Source: Azolla caroliniana (Eukaryota > Plantae > Polypodiophyta). From it: a stretch of DNA of 64,000 bases. The stretch is from contig JBHGNT010000008.1 of assembly GCA_043228905.1 (NCBI GenBank), forward strand, positions 3,100,001-3,164,000, written 5' to 3'. Below, piece by piece: positions 1 through 14,133 of this stretch. The notes below the pieces were generated by a model, which searched no databases, was not told the DNA's origin, and saw only the letters and a program-made list of their open reading frames with translations. Positions within the stretch are counted from its first letter, which is position 1; each line of letters starts with the position of its first letter. The position numbers and the translations under genes were made by a program.

Positions 1-819
1 TTCTTTATTCATTTTTTGGCAAGGAACTTCTCACCCTCTCTCCCTATAGTGATTGCATATATCTGTGTATTCATACTAATCTAGAATAGTTAACAACCAA
101 GTTCATGGCCCTAGAGCAAGAGAATTTGAGGATTCTTAGGGATTTACAACAAGTGAATACTTAGAGTTAGTATTATGGATTTCGTTTTAGGTCCAAGTTT
201 TATTATTATAAAAAGATACTTCCCATTAGTTAGGTAGAGTCTTTACACTCCAATATGTACAACAGAAATGAGGTCCAAGTTGGAAGTGCTAATTTATCAT
301 ATAAAAATAAATGAGAAAAGATAATTATCCTAGGTTTTGAGGAAACCTAGCATGGTGAGCACACGTAGGCACATATATGGGGGTCAAGGGGTATTTAGCT
401 TAAAATATAATTATGAGACTAACTACCTCATTTTATCATCTCCTTAGTGAAACTCGTAGACTTTGGTGGTTTGTCAAAGTTCTTCTTTCAAGGCACATAT
501 CATCTAATCTAGATTCTAATCCAAGGTGGAGAAGAAAAGAAGACAAAGAAAACAATATCTATGTGTCAAGGAGAATAAAAGACCAATGTAGCTCAAAAGT
601 TCTCTAAAGGAGGGTTGAAACGTGAGGTATAAATTCATACAAATTAATACAATTGTTTCCATTGAGAATGTTTTATGTGAAGTATTGAGCCATGAGTTAA
701 TAGTTTAATACACATAAAAAGAACTTTATTTAAGGATACATTGTGGTCTATTAATGGAAATGATTTAATATACCGTGAAATTCATAAGTTCGAGACATAG
801 CTTGGCAAAATCAAAACTT

Positions 820-2830
820 ATGAACCATCTTTTGCCCCCTCCATCGTCACTTGTGGATTGCATCTTGGTGCTTACATGGAACACACACTTCACAACATAT
901 TTGGTGGACTAAAGGTGGACAAAACGGGTCCTAGATGGAGGCATCACAAATGATGGATGTAGTCTTGGCAACATACAACTTAAGAGGAGTTACAAATAAA
1001 AAATCCAAGATATTTCTCCTAGTGAAGTTTAACAATACTTTATACAATTTTGAGGATTATTGATTCATGTGCATTTAATAATGCAAATTTATCCCACCCA
1101 ATATCCAACTAATGCAACATGAGTAGGGTTCATTGGTTGGGGCTCTATTGACTAGTACAACACTATCTTGGTTGGATATTTCAAGGAATTTTGATGAGTT
1201 TATAAAGGAATGTTAAGCTTGTTTTGGAGATATGCATAGCTTAAGAATCGTTGTTAGAAGATTCAAAGGTTAGGGCAAGGAGCACACCTAACCTCAGCCC
1301 TTGGGACGAAGATTTTAATGGACCAATTTAGGCAAGGACTTCATAACAACATGAAAAAACTACACTCACATTTCACGAAGATCCTAAATCACCTATAGAG
1401 GTGATCAATTGAATCGTTTGATGTGACAACCATATATTTGGGCAGTGTTCCGCATATTGGCAATTGTCTTGTCCTAGATCCCAAGCAAGAGGGTAGTTAG
1501 TGATAGCACATTCATCAAAAAATCTCCTTTTGTAGTCGATCACTTAATAAGAGAGATTGAGAATCTTGAGAGGAATCATGGGAGAGGCATATAAAAACCA
1601 ATCAACGTATCTCGTTAAGTTGGAGAGTTGTATACCATCCATTCGAATGTGGTGGAACTCTATTCAACAACCTGAGGACAAGCAACATTATCGTCATCAA
1701 GAACTATGGAAGCCCCTATCATTATTTCAATAGGTGGCCTCACACCAATGCAAATCGATGCAACATGTCATCGAGAACCTTGACAAGGGTAAAAAGCAAT
1801 GGCATTGAGCAGACCATCTACGTCTACATCAAGAACCATGGAAACACCTAACCTTACTCTAGTACATGACCACAATCCAATGGAGATCGATGCAACATCT
1901 CATTGAGGACCTTGACGAAAGGTAAAAAGCAATTACATTGAGCAAACCGTCTATGTCTACATTGTGTTTGTCTAGGACACAACGATAAATTATCCTCATC
2001 AGCCTAGACATAAAATTTACCAAGTGCGGGCTAGTAGTAAACAAATCGTGATTGTCCAATTATATCTAGCTCAATCTGGGTAGTCCTGCACCATCCAATG
2101 GTTTGAAGTATTTAGCCAACTAAATAAAGTGTTAAATGAGCAAGTTCAGCCAAAATAAAAGCTACTTAGTTAGACAACCCAAAATTTGTAAAGTTAATCC
2201 AAAGTAATGGTTCCATTCCATTGAATCGAATTAGAAGGATTTTGCGACACATGTTAAACTTAGTATTTCTAATTGCCATCTTGTCATCAAATGCTTGTCT
2301 CTACTCTCTTAGAACTAGAACCCAACTCTTGCTTATGTATCAAAAAATTTCCTCGACACAAAAAAATCCTCTAGAACCTACCTTGTCCAATGTGTACATT
2401 ATTCCAAAACCCAAATGTAGGATGTCATCAAATCTTTAACAACCTCTCTAGAAAGGTTACATAAAGAGGGATAGAAAGAAAAAATGTTTGTATTTGAGGT
2501 GGTGAAAAAACACCATTCCAAATCCATAAAAGCCAAAAACCACACTTCTAACTTGGTGTCAAGAATTTAAATATATCTTTGATAAGGAAAAGACTAGTAT
2601 ACTCCTAGAACATCAACCTTATGATTGTCCTATCAAACTGATATAGGAAAAGACCCCTCATGAGACTAATTTAGAACCTAATCCCATTAGAGCGCAATGT
2701 TTTTCAAGAACATATTGATCAGAATTTGGCAAATTTCATTCAGCGTTTAGATCTCTTGTTGGCACACTAATCTTCTATGTTAAGAAATCATGGTATACTC
2801 ACCCTCTATGCACTCTAACTAAGAGTATAA
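820..2830 (+). mobile_element. Heavily decayed Gypsy/chromovirus remnant (gag, protease, start of RT) related to the intact element at 18243-23907
   Basis: Colinear similarity by eye to the intact element: 1020-1140 to gag VKFDG..YPTDASRVG (18990-19110); 1295-1430 to PWDD..RCDN (19325-19465); 2610-2790 to HRPYDCPIDL..IFFVKK (20550-20735). Many stops and frameshifts; ends approximate. Confidence 0.75.
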
Positions 2831-3664
2831 GTTCACATCACAACATGCAATCTAAGAAAGAACATGTGTCCATTGCACATCAAGACATGCTCATTAAAAG
2901 AGCACATAGTTCACCAATTACTGATGTGCGCTAGCCAAGAGTACATGTTCACCTCATAATACACAATCTAGCAAAGAATACATGCTTACAAATCATCAAC
3001 TCGTTCACAAACTCTTACTAGGAACATGTGATCCGACAGCGCTATGCTAGAAGTGCCCACACCAACCATCAACCTCCAAATAACTTCCCTAAGATTATTA
3101 GACATTGTCAACTTCATCACACACCAGGAAATGCTTCACCTTTTCTCAAAGTGCAGAATGGTCATTTAGGTCTTCAAATTGCTGAAAAACATTTCTATAT
3201 CTTGGAGAGAGGCCAAACACAGGCGAGAAGAAAAGCATCGATCTTTCCATCCTTATCAAGGGAGACCTAAAACTTTACCCTTACACTCAATATCTTTTGC
3301 ATTCCTAACTTAACAATACATTAAAAAGTAGGTTTTTCATGAAATTTAAAACACGACCTTTATTTCAGAGGATAAAACCTTCGATGTCTAGAGCTGAGGG
3401 CTGTCTATACTTGAAATCAGGGGAAAAGAAAAAAGAAACAATATCAGGCTATCATGAAGAAGTTACTTATTATTAAAAATGATAAGATGCATTGAAGTCT
3501 TCAGGCACTGATATTAAAATGAGTACTTGGTTTTTGACAACACCTCTTAATATAGATATTAAAATGATAACCAGGGTGTTGCAAAAAGGTAGCAGTGATT
3601 GATGTCAAATCTTAACATAGATATTTGGTCTAGCAGCACCTTTTTCCAATGTGTTGCCCAAAAT

Positions 3665-6600
3665 TCAGTATGACTGATGCTTCAAAACCCATTGCACCAA
3701 AGTGTTCACTGCAAATCCGGTAGCAATTTTCTTTTTGTCATTCCAGACAGGTCCAGCAATATCAAGGTGAGCCCATGGTATATTTTCATCAACAAACTGC
3801 AATTTGTTAAAGAATTTGTTGTAATGTAATCAGTAGCCAGTATATGCACTTTACAGTTCAGTCAATTGCGTGTCATATATTGGAGATACTCTAAATTCTA
3901 ATGAATATGTAATGCTCAATATTAAATATAATAACAAATTGACAAATCTATATATACCTGCTTCAAGAATAGAGAAGCTGTAATTGATCCACCTGCTCGA
4001 GGACCCGTGTTAACCATATCGGCAATGCTCGATTTCATTCCTTCCCAATAAGCTTCTTCTAGTGGCATTCTCCATAGTTTCTCCCCAGCCTTTTCACATG
4101 ATTCTGACAGTTCCTTTGCAAGCTCATCATTTGGGCTGAACAAGCCTACCAAATCGAAATATGGTTGATCATGGCTTTAAGGAAAGCAAAACCACACTCT
4201 GAATTCTTATTAAAGAGGCAACCAAAGAATACCTCCTATATCATTTCCAAGCGCAATAATAGCTGCTCCTGTTAATGTAGCTAGGTCGACTATCTGCTAA
4301 TACATCAGAGATACATGTAGAGATCTATCATCTTTCCTTTGCATAGAAATGTCTCATTCCTGACCTTCCATTTAGATCCTACCTAAGCCTGGAAATGAGA
4401 ACCTATCATTTTTCCTTCATCTAGAAAAGTCTCATTACTTTTCCTTCCATTTAGATCCTTGCTAAGTTTGGAACATTAAAATCTAACATTTTTCCTTCAA
4501 GCCAAAAAGTCTCATTCATTTTCCTTCTTTTAGATTTGATCAAAGTTTGGAATAAGTTAAAATCAATGTCGAGCATCGATAAGATATACGTAAGGTTCCA
4601 AATAAAATAATGCATTGACCTTTTCAACTCCTAGCTTACAGGTATACACCAGTACATCAGCCAATACTAGTCTACCTTCTGCATCTGTATTATTCACCTG
4701 CATGTAAAATCCGTTTAGCTATTGGATCTTATACCTTCATGCTAGGTCTAAAAAACAGTGAAATTGAAACTGTACCTCAATGGTTTTTCCATTTGAAGCT
4801 GTTATTATATCACCTGGCCTCATGCCTGCACCACTGATCATATTTTCACAAGCTCCAACAATAAAATTCACCTGCACAAAAATATCCTCCGATGCAATTA
4901 TCATTAACATTTTTGGAAGAGAACAGTAACCTTGACTATATCATTCCTCCTATGTAGAGTTTTTATTTTGAGGATTCTTGACAATATGATTCTAAGGGAT
5001 GGAAATTTGTAAACAGTACAGAAGACTACAAATGATCATTCTTTATACCAGCATGATCTCTATTGAAAAAAATCCAATCTTCTCAGATATCATCATTCCT
5101 AGTAATCAATATTGATGATGGTAGTGATAGTAGAGGAAACTCATCATTTCTCAAAGTTAAGAAGTTCACTCCATTATGTTAAAAGAATAGTTGTTCTCAG
5201 AGGAGAATCGAAATATATACAGGAACGTTCCCTCAATAAATAAAAAACAAGAACCAAAAGCGAACCTCACAATTTTTCAGACTTAAAGAGACATAAGGGA
5301 AACAAAATGAAACCATCAAATAAAGCTAAAAGAATAGACAACTGCAATATAAAAATGTCAACTAAAGCTCAAGCTTATATTTGATGTTCTCAGGTATGTA
5401 AATTTCACGTGATGTCATAAGATTAGATCACTCATAATAGAAGGAAATGAACCTCAACAGAATATTTGACAATATGATTAACATGATGAATCCCTGCTGC
5501 AAACAGTAAAGTAAGTAAGCCTTGAAATAAAATTTCCCGACAAGGAAAACCTGGAGATAGAATTCACAAAGAGTCTACACTACCTCAACACCAAGAGGAC
5601 GTATGGCAGCAATTGCTTTAGCAGCACCAAAGGCAGCTCCAGCTCCTCCCATATCAAATTTCATAAACTCGATTGAAGATCCCGAAAGCTTCAAATTGTA
5701 ACCTCCACTGTTTATAAATAAGTTTAAATAATGAGTTTTACAAACTATCTAATGTGAGCAATGAAAATTAATCTATCAAACTACATGTTCTCTTACAGTA
5801 TTAATAAAGCATGACAAACAAATGGAGACACAATGTGTGAGCCCGCAAAAATGTATGACAAGAAAATGGCCTTAAAAACTAAAAGAAACAATAAGAAGAT
5901 GAAGAAGAAGATTATTTTAGGCAAAAGGAACAATCACAAAAAATTTAAAACCCCTAAAATCTGAAAATTCCAACTCATCAGCTAAGGAAAATATACTATA
6001 TTCTACAATGAATATGATCTTATGAGCTAAATGAATATTTAAACCAATCTTTCTATTCTGAAACAAAGGTTCAGCTGTTTTTGATAAACAAAACAACACA
6101 CCTGTGAGCCTCAATGCAAACCCATATCTGATGACTGTGTTGTCAACGTAGGATATGGTCCGTCTCAAAGTGTTATAGGCATAACCTTATAGACCAGTTA
6201 TATAGCTAATTATAGTGGGTTAAGTGTGGGATAGATGGGAAACCAATTATTGTAGGATCTGGGACAAACCCATAAGGACCTATGACACAATAGAACATCC
6301 GGTGGTTTGGGAGCCATCCGTGTTGGGCTAAATATAAAAGGGGATCACTATCACCTTCATTACGGCATCTTGAGACATTGTTGGGACTCTATTAGTGAGG
6401 CTAAGCTCTCTTGTTCAGATCCGTTATTCAACTACCAAGGTATAACATAAAGTAATGTTACATGGTATGGGACACCAATGGTACTTAATGTTTGTCTCAT
6501 GTCCTTTGCTTAGGGGTGTTGGGTTGGTTAAGCACCATTAATCCATTCTTCTCCTTGATCTCTTATTCCTTTGCTTATCATTCATGTAATATTTACCATT

Positions 6601-8850
6601 ATTAATTTATTAGGTGTTTAGAATGGTAATGTTACCTGTCAAATGTCAAGCCTTTTCCAACAATTGCCAATTTAACATTTGTCTGACCACTAGGGGGCTT
6701 GTATTTAATGTGAATAAATTTAGGCGGATTGGTTGAGGCAGCAGCTACAGCAAGGTATGACCCCATCTTTAGTTCTCTACATTTCTCTTCATCAAGTATT
6801 TCTACACTCAAAACATCCTTAAAGGCTGAGGACAATCCCAAGGCCTCCTCTGCAAAACTAGCTGCACAAGCATAGGGAAAATAGAGCAGCATATACAATC
6901 AGAAGCATGTTCCAATTCAAATCGCAATGCTTTGGAGAGTTGTGGTCATAAAGAAAAGTGGCTTCTATACCAGGTGTGAGAACGTTTGCAGGGGAATTAA
7001 CAAGCTCTCTTGTGAAAATTACACCTTCAGATATCGTTTTACTCAGCTTAAGCTGATATTCCAATTCAGCTCCTTTTCCAAATCCAATGAATTCCAGATA
7101 CGTAAGGGTTGGGGTTTTTCTTTCCGACTTAAATCTTGTATCTTCATGTGTCCCCAAAATCACACCTGTTATGGCCATTATAAAACAATCAACATGTCTT
7201 GTTCAGTACAAAATGCAAATGATAAAATTAGTATTCTCCATCAAACAGTGAAGCATTTCAATCCCAACAACCAAACAAATTAGACAGGCTATGATTTAAA
7301 TTGAGTCCTGGAACACTGCTAGCTCACGAATAGCTAAGCATTTCAAATTCAACAACTAAAGGATTAGGAGGGCAATGATTTAATTTGACTTGTTGAACAC
7401 TCCCAGCTTATTTGAATTCATATGACGTAATTTTAGCAATGCAGAGGAACTGAAATCTCATAAATTTCTGAATAGATCTTAAAGACATACCCAAGGCGAT
7501 GGAATGAGCTCTAAGGTTTAAGGATGCCTCATCCACAGGTCCAAAATTTGCCAACGTAAGACCCAGAGACGTTGCTTGGGCAGACTTAGTAGCAGCTACC
7601 ACAGATTCTCCAAAGCTCCTCCAGTTTGCCGGAGTTAAGACACCTGAATTTTGATAGGCCACTAGGCCAATCCTTTTGAACTCATATCCAGATACTCGCA
7701 ATAATATAGACTGACCAGCTTTACCCGTAAAGTCTTCTTCTTTCACAACATCTGTTAGAATTCCTTTAAGAAGCTCGTCAAGTTTTTTCAGTGTTGCATT
7801 TTTAAAGCCTCCATCTTCCTCCTTTTCCAGATCAGATGTAGATGTTCCAACCACCAGTATATCTCCTTTCCAATGAGCTGGATCAAGCTCGGATGCAGAA
7901 GCACTAATCTGATATCACCACAGATATTGTACGGGCTCATTAAGTTTACTGAATTTAATGAATCAAAAATACATTTCTGCTCAGAAAGTGCAATTTGGTA
8001 TAAGACTAACAGTTAAAATTGTCAACGTAAAAAATCCTTAATCTGGGAAATGCTTGAAGCCAAATTTTGAACTTAAAATAGAACTAGTATCACTAACAAA
8101 ACAGTATACTGTGATGGATCTACAACAACTCAATATATTTAGACCAAGACCATTCATATTCTGGGATAAGGTCCCATGATCATAAATTTATTCACACAGT
8201 TTCTCACCATTTGATAATCATGTACACAGTACAAGTCAATAACTGAATTTCAGAACAAACTAAGGATTTATAATGTGATAGATCTAAAATAGCAGCATGA
8301 ATTCATCAGTAAAATTCCAAAATATAACCTTTGTGCCTATTCCAACCACATGAATCTCAGCTTGATATGAAGAATTGAAAAAATTTCTCGCAGCTGTCTT
8401 TCACTAATGCATAACCACACCTATTAAATCAGACTATTAAAATTTCACAACTCCTAAATTCATCTCTATCGTCCAACAAGGCATCTGGTCATAGTTTTTG
8501 TTGCAGGCGTTGGAGAAACCATCAGTAAGAGGACAAGGTTGGAGTAGGACAAACACCAGTAGGTGAGCAACAATATAAAGGGAAATAAACAGGATCATAC
8601 ATCATGGGGATGCAAGAGGCAATGAAGACCATGATTGGAGAGAATCTGATTTAAAAAGAGTGCCTTATTACAGTTTTTTTCTCAAGAATACGCACATATT
8701 AGTCTCCACGGATAAAGGTTTTTAATTGAGCAACACTTTTAAGTGCTCCAGATTGACACTCTGTGGAAAGATAACTCGAATGCAATCAAAGGTGGACAAT
8801 TGTAGAGAGAGTGTGCATGTGCTTGTGTGTACATGCATGTTTGTGTGGGC

Positions 8851-8882
<32 letters not shown>

Positions 8883-10407
8883 GAGCTTTTGAGTTTGTGT
8901 ACTTGTGTGCTCGTGTGCTCGTGTGTCTGTGTGTGCAAGAAACAATATGCCATTCTGCAGAATCTTCCGTGATATGTGATGTGCATGCAGGTTGAGGACC
9001 CACACTTTCAGGCATTGACCAGTATCTATTCCAATTAACAGCCTGTTCTTGCCGTTCTCCTCCTCCATGGAACACTTCCAAACACAAATTAGGTTTAAAA
9101 ATTACCCAAAAAACTCCAGGGAGCATTGGTATCCTTAGAAAAAAAACAAGATTGATTGAGACATGACTGTGTTTTAAGATCAAACTTGAAGCACGTGTCC
9201 ATCCTCCAAAAGGAATCAGATCAGATCAACTCATAAGAGCCTTTCCATGCTTTGAATAGCATCAGATCAGCCTTGGCAACAAATTATGCCACAAATAAGC
9301 TAAATAACTCATAGAACATTTCTACGCTCTGAATAGGTATAATATTAAACTTGGGAGTATAGAAGTACATGAGTAGGTATAAGACTTAAATACATGAATT
9401 TGCTTTAAGATCAGGGATTTACACTACAAATTAAGTTTAAACAAGGCATAAAAATCAGACTTTCAGTGAGAATTAATGTGCAGATAGAGCACATGCGCGA
9501 ATCTCTATCTTAGAAAAAAGGATAATATCAAGTTTGAATTCAAGAAACTGCCGTAAGCTCAGTTTTCCAATCATAAATTAGCATAAAACAAGATCAAAAG
9601 AATTCCAAATATAATATGTATCTGATCACATTGCAATTCAAAGACACGAATTTTCTTCAGATCACACTTTGCGTTCAAAAACTAGGTAGAAAATAGACTG
9701 CACACCTCCTATGGTGTCCAATAAGGGTATCAGATCAACTTTCAACATGAATTTTAGGCAAGATCAGACTTTCAGCCACAAATTAGATAAGAGTAAATAT
9801 CTAAACAGCTTTCATTTGCACAATGAGAGAGGATAAATCAAACAGAAACAATGAAAGAAATGGATAATAAAAGCCAAGAATTAGGAAGAACACGATGGTT
9901 AAGTTAGCTAGTTCGTTGCCTGTTGAGTGATGCGGTTGGAAGGAACCGTCAATCGAAGGGAATGTTTCAGGTTACAGAAATTGAAGCAGAGGCAGTGAAA
10001 GGATGGGAGAATGAAAACAGAAAATTAGGAAGATGAGTAAGATGGACATCTTCGTTAGTTATACCTGTTGAACGATGGAATTGGAAGGAAACTTCAATCC
10101 AAGGGGATGTTACAGATTATATGAATAGACGCAGAAACAGTGAAAGGAAGGGAGAATAATAACAGCAAAATTTAGGAAGCAGAAGAAGAAGAAGAAGATG
10201 GTTACTTAGTTAGTTACCTGTTGAACGATAGAGATGGGAGGAATCATCAAACGGAAGGGATGTTAAAGGTTATAAGAAAGGAATCATCGATCGGAAGGGG
10301 ATTGTTACAGGCTATAAGAATAGAATCAGAAGCAATATGATAGTTCGTTCACTCACCTGTGGAAGGATGGAGTTGGAAGGGGTCGTCAATCCAAGGGAAG
10401 GCGCCAT
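3665..10407 (-). CDS. LAP: Leucine aminopeptidase (M17 family), 10 exons, ~522 aa, no obvious in-frame transit peptide
   Basis: Exons (-): 10357-10407, 7491-7908, 6971-7165, 6636-6861, 5584-5707, 4776-4871, 4620-4697, 4233-4293, 3958-4145, 3665-3796. All introns GT-AG; total 1569 nt in frame. Motifs [43 protein letters not shown]; N-terminus [19 protein letters not shown] resembles plant LAP1. Confidence 0.96.
4320..4555. repeat. Three degenerate ~78 bp tandem copies in a LAP intron
   Basis: Repeated atcatttttcctt..gtctcatt..ccttccatttagatcct..aagtttggaa unit. Confidence 0.75.
6138..6475 (+). mobile_element. Possible solo LTR plus PBS-like remnant in a LAP intron
   Basis: Begins TGTTG, has a TATAAAAG box near 6333, ends ..TGTTACA followed by TGGTAT; higher GC than the flanking intron. 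No TSD confirmed. Confidence 0.3.
8805..8940. repeat. (GT)n microsatellite with degenerate flanks in LAP intron 1
   Basis: Pure GT run at ~8851-8878 within TG-rich sequence. Confidence 0.95.
9900..10400 (-). repeat. Tandem ~140-150 bp copies, each containing the 3' part of LAP exon 1 plus its splice donor
   Basis: CCCTT..TTGA..CC..CA..CATC....ACAG|GT/GC recurs with junctions at 10357 (true), 10218, 10065 and 9920. Confidence 0.8.
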
Positions 10408-10687
10408 GGCTGAAGTCTGCAGAGCAGAAAATCGGAGGAAGAAGACGAAGACAGAGCCTTTCTCTCTCTCTCTCTCTCTGTGTCTCCTGCTCTGTTGCTC
10501 TGCTCTGCTGCTCTTCCATGGTTTTAGGGTTTTTCTTTATTTCACAGACTACCCCCCCCCCCAAATGGTTTTCTATATTTACCGAAATGCCCCTCCCTGC
10601 CCCCCCTTCCCATTTTAAAGAAAATCAAATGAAAAACACAAAACAACAAACAAAAAAGAAGCCTATGGTTCCTAGATACATACATAG

Positions 10688-10940
10688 TAGGAATCGGCAA
10701 TGGCTCCGTTCAAGCCTAAACCAAACCGCGAAACCGTTTTTAAACTGTTTGGCATTTTGGCCTAAACCAAACCGCGAAACCAAGCTCGGTTTGGGATGGC
10801 TCAAACCGAACTGGACTGATTTGGGCTAAGACGGTTAAGGCTTAATCGGCTTGGTTAAGCCATTTCAGTTCAAGTTGGGAAACTCCCAAACCGGTTTAGG
10901 CTTAACTGGTAAGCCGAAACCGAACCATTGCCGATTCCTA
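10688..10940. mobile_element. hAT-type MITE, 253 bp
   Basis: Perfect 16 bp TIRs TAGGAATCGGCAATGG / CCATTGCCGATTCCTA; 8 bp TSD ATACATAG at 10680-10687 and 10941-10948; many internal AAACCG/CGGTTT motifs. Confidence 0.93.
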
Positions 10941-10978
10941 ATACATAGTGTGGTCACTCCAGGTTTCATCAATACGTG

Positions 10979-11215
10979 TAGGAATCAGCTCAACATAAGC
11001 CTAAACCAAACCATTAAACCGTTTTCAAATGGTTTGGCAATTCAAGCTTCCTTAACCAATTTGGGATGGCTTAGGCTGAACCGAACCAATTTGGGCCAAA
11101 CCAATTAAGGCTTAATCGGCTTGGCTAAACTGGTTTAGGAACCGGATCGATTCAAGTTTGGAAACTCCCAACAAGGTTAACGCTTAACTTGTTTGGTTTG
11201 GACAAGGCCAAACTG
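10979..11215. mobile_element. Older degenerate copy of the same hAT MITE
   Basis: Starts TAGGAATC and is colinear with 10688-10940 (aagcctaaaccaaacc..ttaaggcttaatcggcttgg..gaaactccca); right TIR eroded. Confidence 0.8.
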
Positions 11216-14089
11216 ATTCTATTTGTTGTTTGTCGAGAAACCATAATCGTGTTGCAACCCATTTTAGGACAAGTTCATAATGTTCTGTTTTTTTTATCCC
11301 GTATACCTGCTTGTATTGAATTGGACCATGAATTTCGACAACGAGTCTTGTTGAGCCATATGATCTTTTTTTAACAACGAGATACTTTGTCAAGGTGTAG
11401 TAGTGTTGAAAACATAATTGTATTGTTGTAGTTTGATAAACTGAATCTTTAATCTCTTGCTTATCGAATCATGTCAAAACCATGATCGTTTGTTCATGGG
11501 CAAGCTACATTAAACTCACCAAAATCCTATCGAGCAACAATAATTTCCATGCCGAGTTTGGATGGTCACTATATCAAGCAACAAGTTTTATGCCAAATTT
11601 GGATGTTTATCATCAATCCACTTATCAAGCTATAGTTTTGAAAATGGAGTATCTTCTTGTCACAACACAACAAAAGGATAGATTATTTCAAACATGCCAT
11701 AAGAATCCAAATCACATACGTCTTAACTTTTCTAACCGAACGAATTGAAGGAATTATAGGGTTTTTCTCTTGGAGCAAAGATCTTTGTAATAGCCCCCTC
11801 AAGTTTAGTTGGCTCCTTCTTTGAATAGGTTCATTTCATTGAGTGTATTGAATATTTAATAGCATTGACACAGTTCCATGACTGAAGGTATCTAGAGCTC
11901 GAAAGATAATTGAATAATGCAAGAATGTATGATACTGAAAGAAAGAAGTAATATAAGATACTAACATTTTCACTATTTCTTAAATAGTACTCCATAGATT
12001 CATGTTTTATGACATCTTAGTCTACAACTATTGCAATGCTCCTTGTTATGCACAATTACTTAATTGTAGACAAAGTGGCACACATGCATGACAAGTGGAA
12101 ACTGTGTATAACACATTGATGTACTAATATATAGAAGTCCTTCTCTTGTACGAACCATTCCAATTCACAACCGACCTTGCACCCTTATATATGTTGACAA
12201 TCTTGTTCATCTTACGAATTCCCTTTTCTCTTTACTGTCCTTATCTATTTAACATAGTTATTGGCTTCAACCCATGACACATCTCACCCAACAAATTATT
12301 TCTTTTGCTTCTTACTTCAATTGCATCAACCCACACCCAACAATGACCAAATGCACTGAATCTTTCAACTCTATTTGTTGAAATCACAACAAGCCACAAT
12401 CATCAAGAAGTGGTTGCATTAAGATAACTATTGAATTTTGAAACCACATCAAGCCATCATTTGAACAATGAATGACTTAGTCAAGCTATAGTTTGGAAAA
12501 TGGATCCTAATTTCATCTAAACATTCAATCTTTCATCTCAACTTATCAAATAACATCAACGCCTAACCAATAATGAGCAAGGCACATTAAACTTTTGTTT
12601 CTATTTGTCAAAATCACATTGAGTCACAATCATTTTAACAAGTTTCATTGTTTATCATCATTGTATTGGGACGCAAAATATTAATCGAGACAACATGATT
12701 TTTGGAGGTCAAGACTATGTGGCACACATTTTTGTTGCGCCAGTTTCTAAGCGGATTCTCATGGAATCATTCTTCTTTCTCTAACTAATATTTTATTCGT
12801 GTTATGTTTTGGTTAGCTCCTAGAAACTTCTTTTGGTGGGAAGGTTGGATTGTAAGTGGATATATCCTCCAATATTTCATTGAAGAACACATTTGATTGG
12901 GATCTTTCACTACAAAATTTAAAAAAGCTAGAGTTGGGTGTGCATTAAAAATGCACAAATACTAAACGCACATGAGGAAAACACAATGACTTTTAAAAGG
13001 TACATATGCACTTGGTTGTGTTATTCACCATGATACTTAGACACATATAAAAAACATGCCAATAGATGACATACCATGGTTACATCTCCTTGTCCAGTAA
13101 GAAGTGTTACTATGACACCACAAAATAAATTGTAAGATCCACCTTATCCCATCATTGATCACATGGTTAACCTTTCTTGTTGGCATCAATTCAATGTCTT
13201 TTCTTTTTCTTTTTCCTATAACTCAATTCAATGTCTTAATGCTGACATCACTCAAGAAAATGATGGTTTTGACGGATATTATTGCTATAGGTGATAAAAT
13301 GTTAAAATTTACATTTCTTGTTCTTAGTGCCATTTCGTGAGAAGAAATAATAGCATCTTTCACTCCTACTTTAAAGAGTACTCAATGTAAACTACTGCCT
13401 TTATTTGTCAAGTGAGCGATCTAAACAAAGGTTATCCAAAAGTAGACATGACTAATTATTCGCGATGCAATTGCTAGCATGATTGGATTAAAATACACTA
13501 GTCCCTAGCTTATGATAATGCAATCTTGTTATGATGTGCAACATGTGGAAAGGATTATGTAAAAACAAAAGTATATCTAAAGGGATGTGGTAAGAATCAT
13601 TCTAGTTTATTAAAAATATGTACAGATACATTGTATTATTTTGTTAAGTACTTTTCTTTCTGAAGACATTGGAACCAGCTTTGAGGATACAACATCCAAG
13701 ATTAAGAGTGGCACTTGCCACTTGGAAATGGAAGGGAAAGACATTGTCCAAGTACACTAATGCAAAACACTTTAGTCAGAGAAGTACATAGGTCATTTGT
13801 TGAGTAACATAAACATCTCCTTGGCTTTCTATACTTAAGCTAGAGTTATTCTTTGCACACATTTTTGTGTAGGTCTTGTATCTTGATTAACTCAGTAATT
13901 GAACGTTATCTCCTTCTCTTTCTTAAGACCTCCAACCACCCCTTAGGTTATTAACATACATTAAATGTACAATATCGAAACTCTTTTATCTATGTTTATT
14001 TTTATTTTATTTTCGATGATTAGGTACACATTCCATTTTGTTGTAAACCAATTGTCTCATGGGCCAAATTTGGTCTTAGAATACGTTAA

Positions 14090-14133
<44 letters not shown>

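Noticed and set aside
8722-9183. Several overlapping ORFs (HTHTHT / CVCVCV)
   Set aside because: Artefacts of a (GT)n microsatellite inside LAP intron 1.
11220-14050. Possible decayed DNA-transposon coding sequence
   Set aside because: No diagnostic motif could be read with confidence; would need a translated search against TE proteins.
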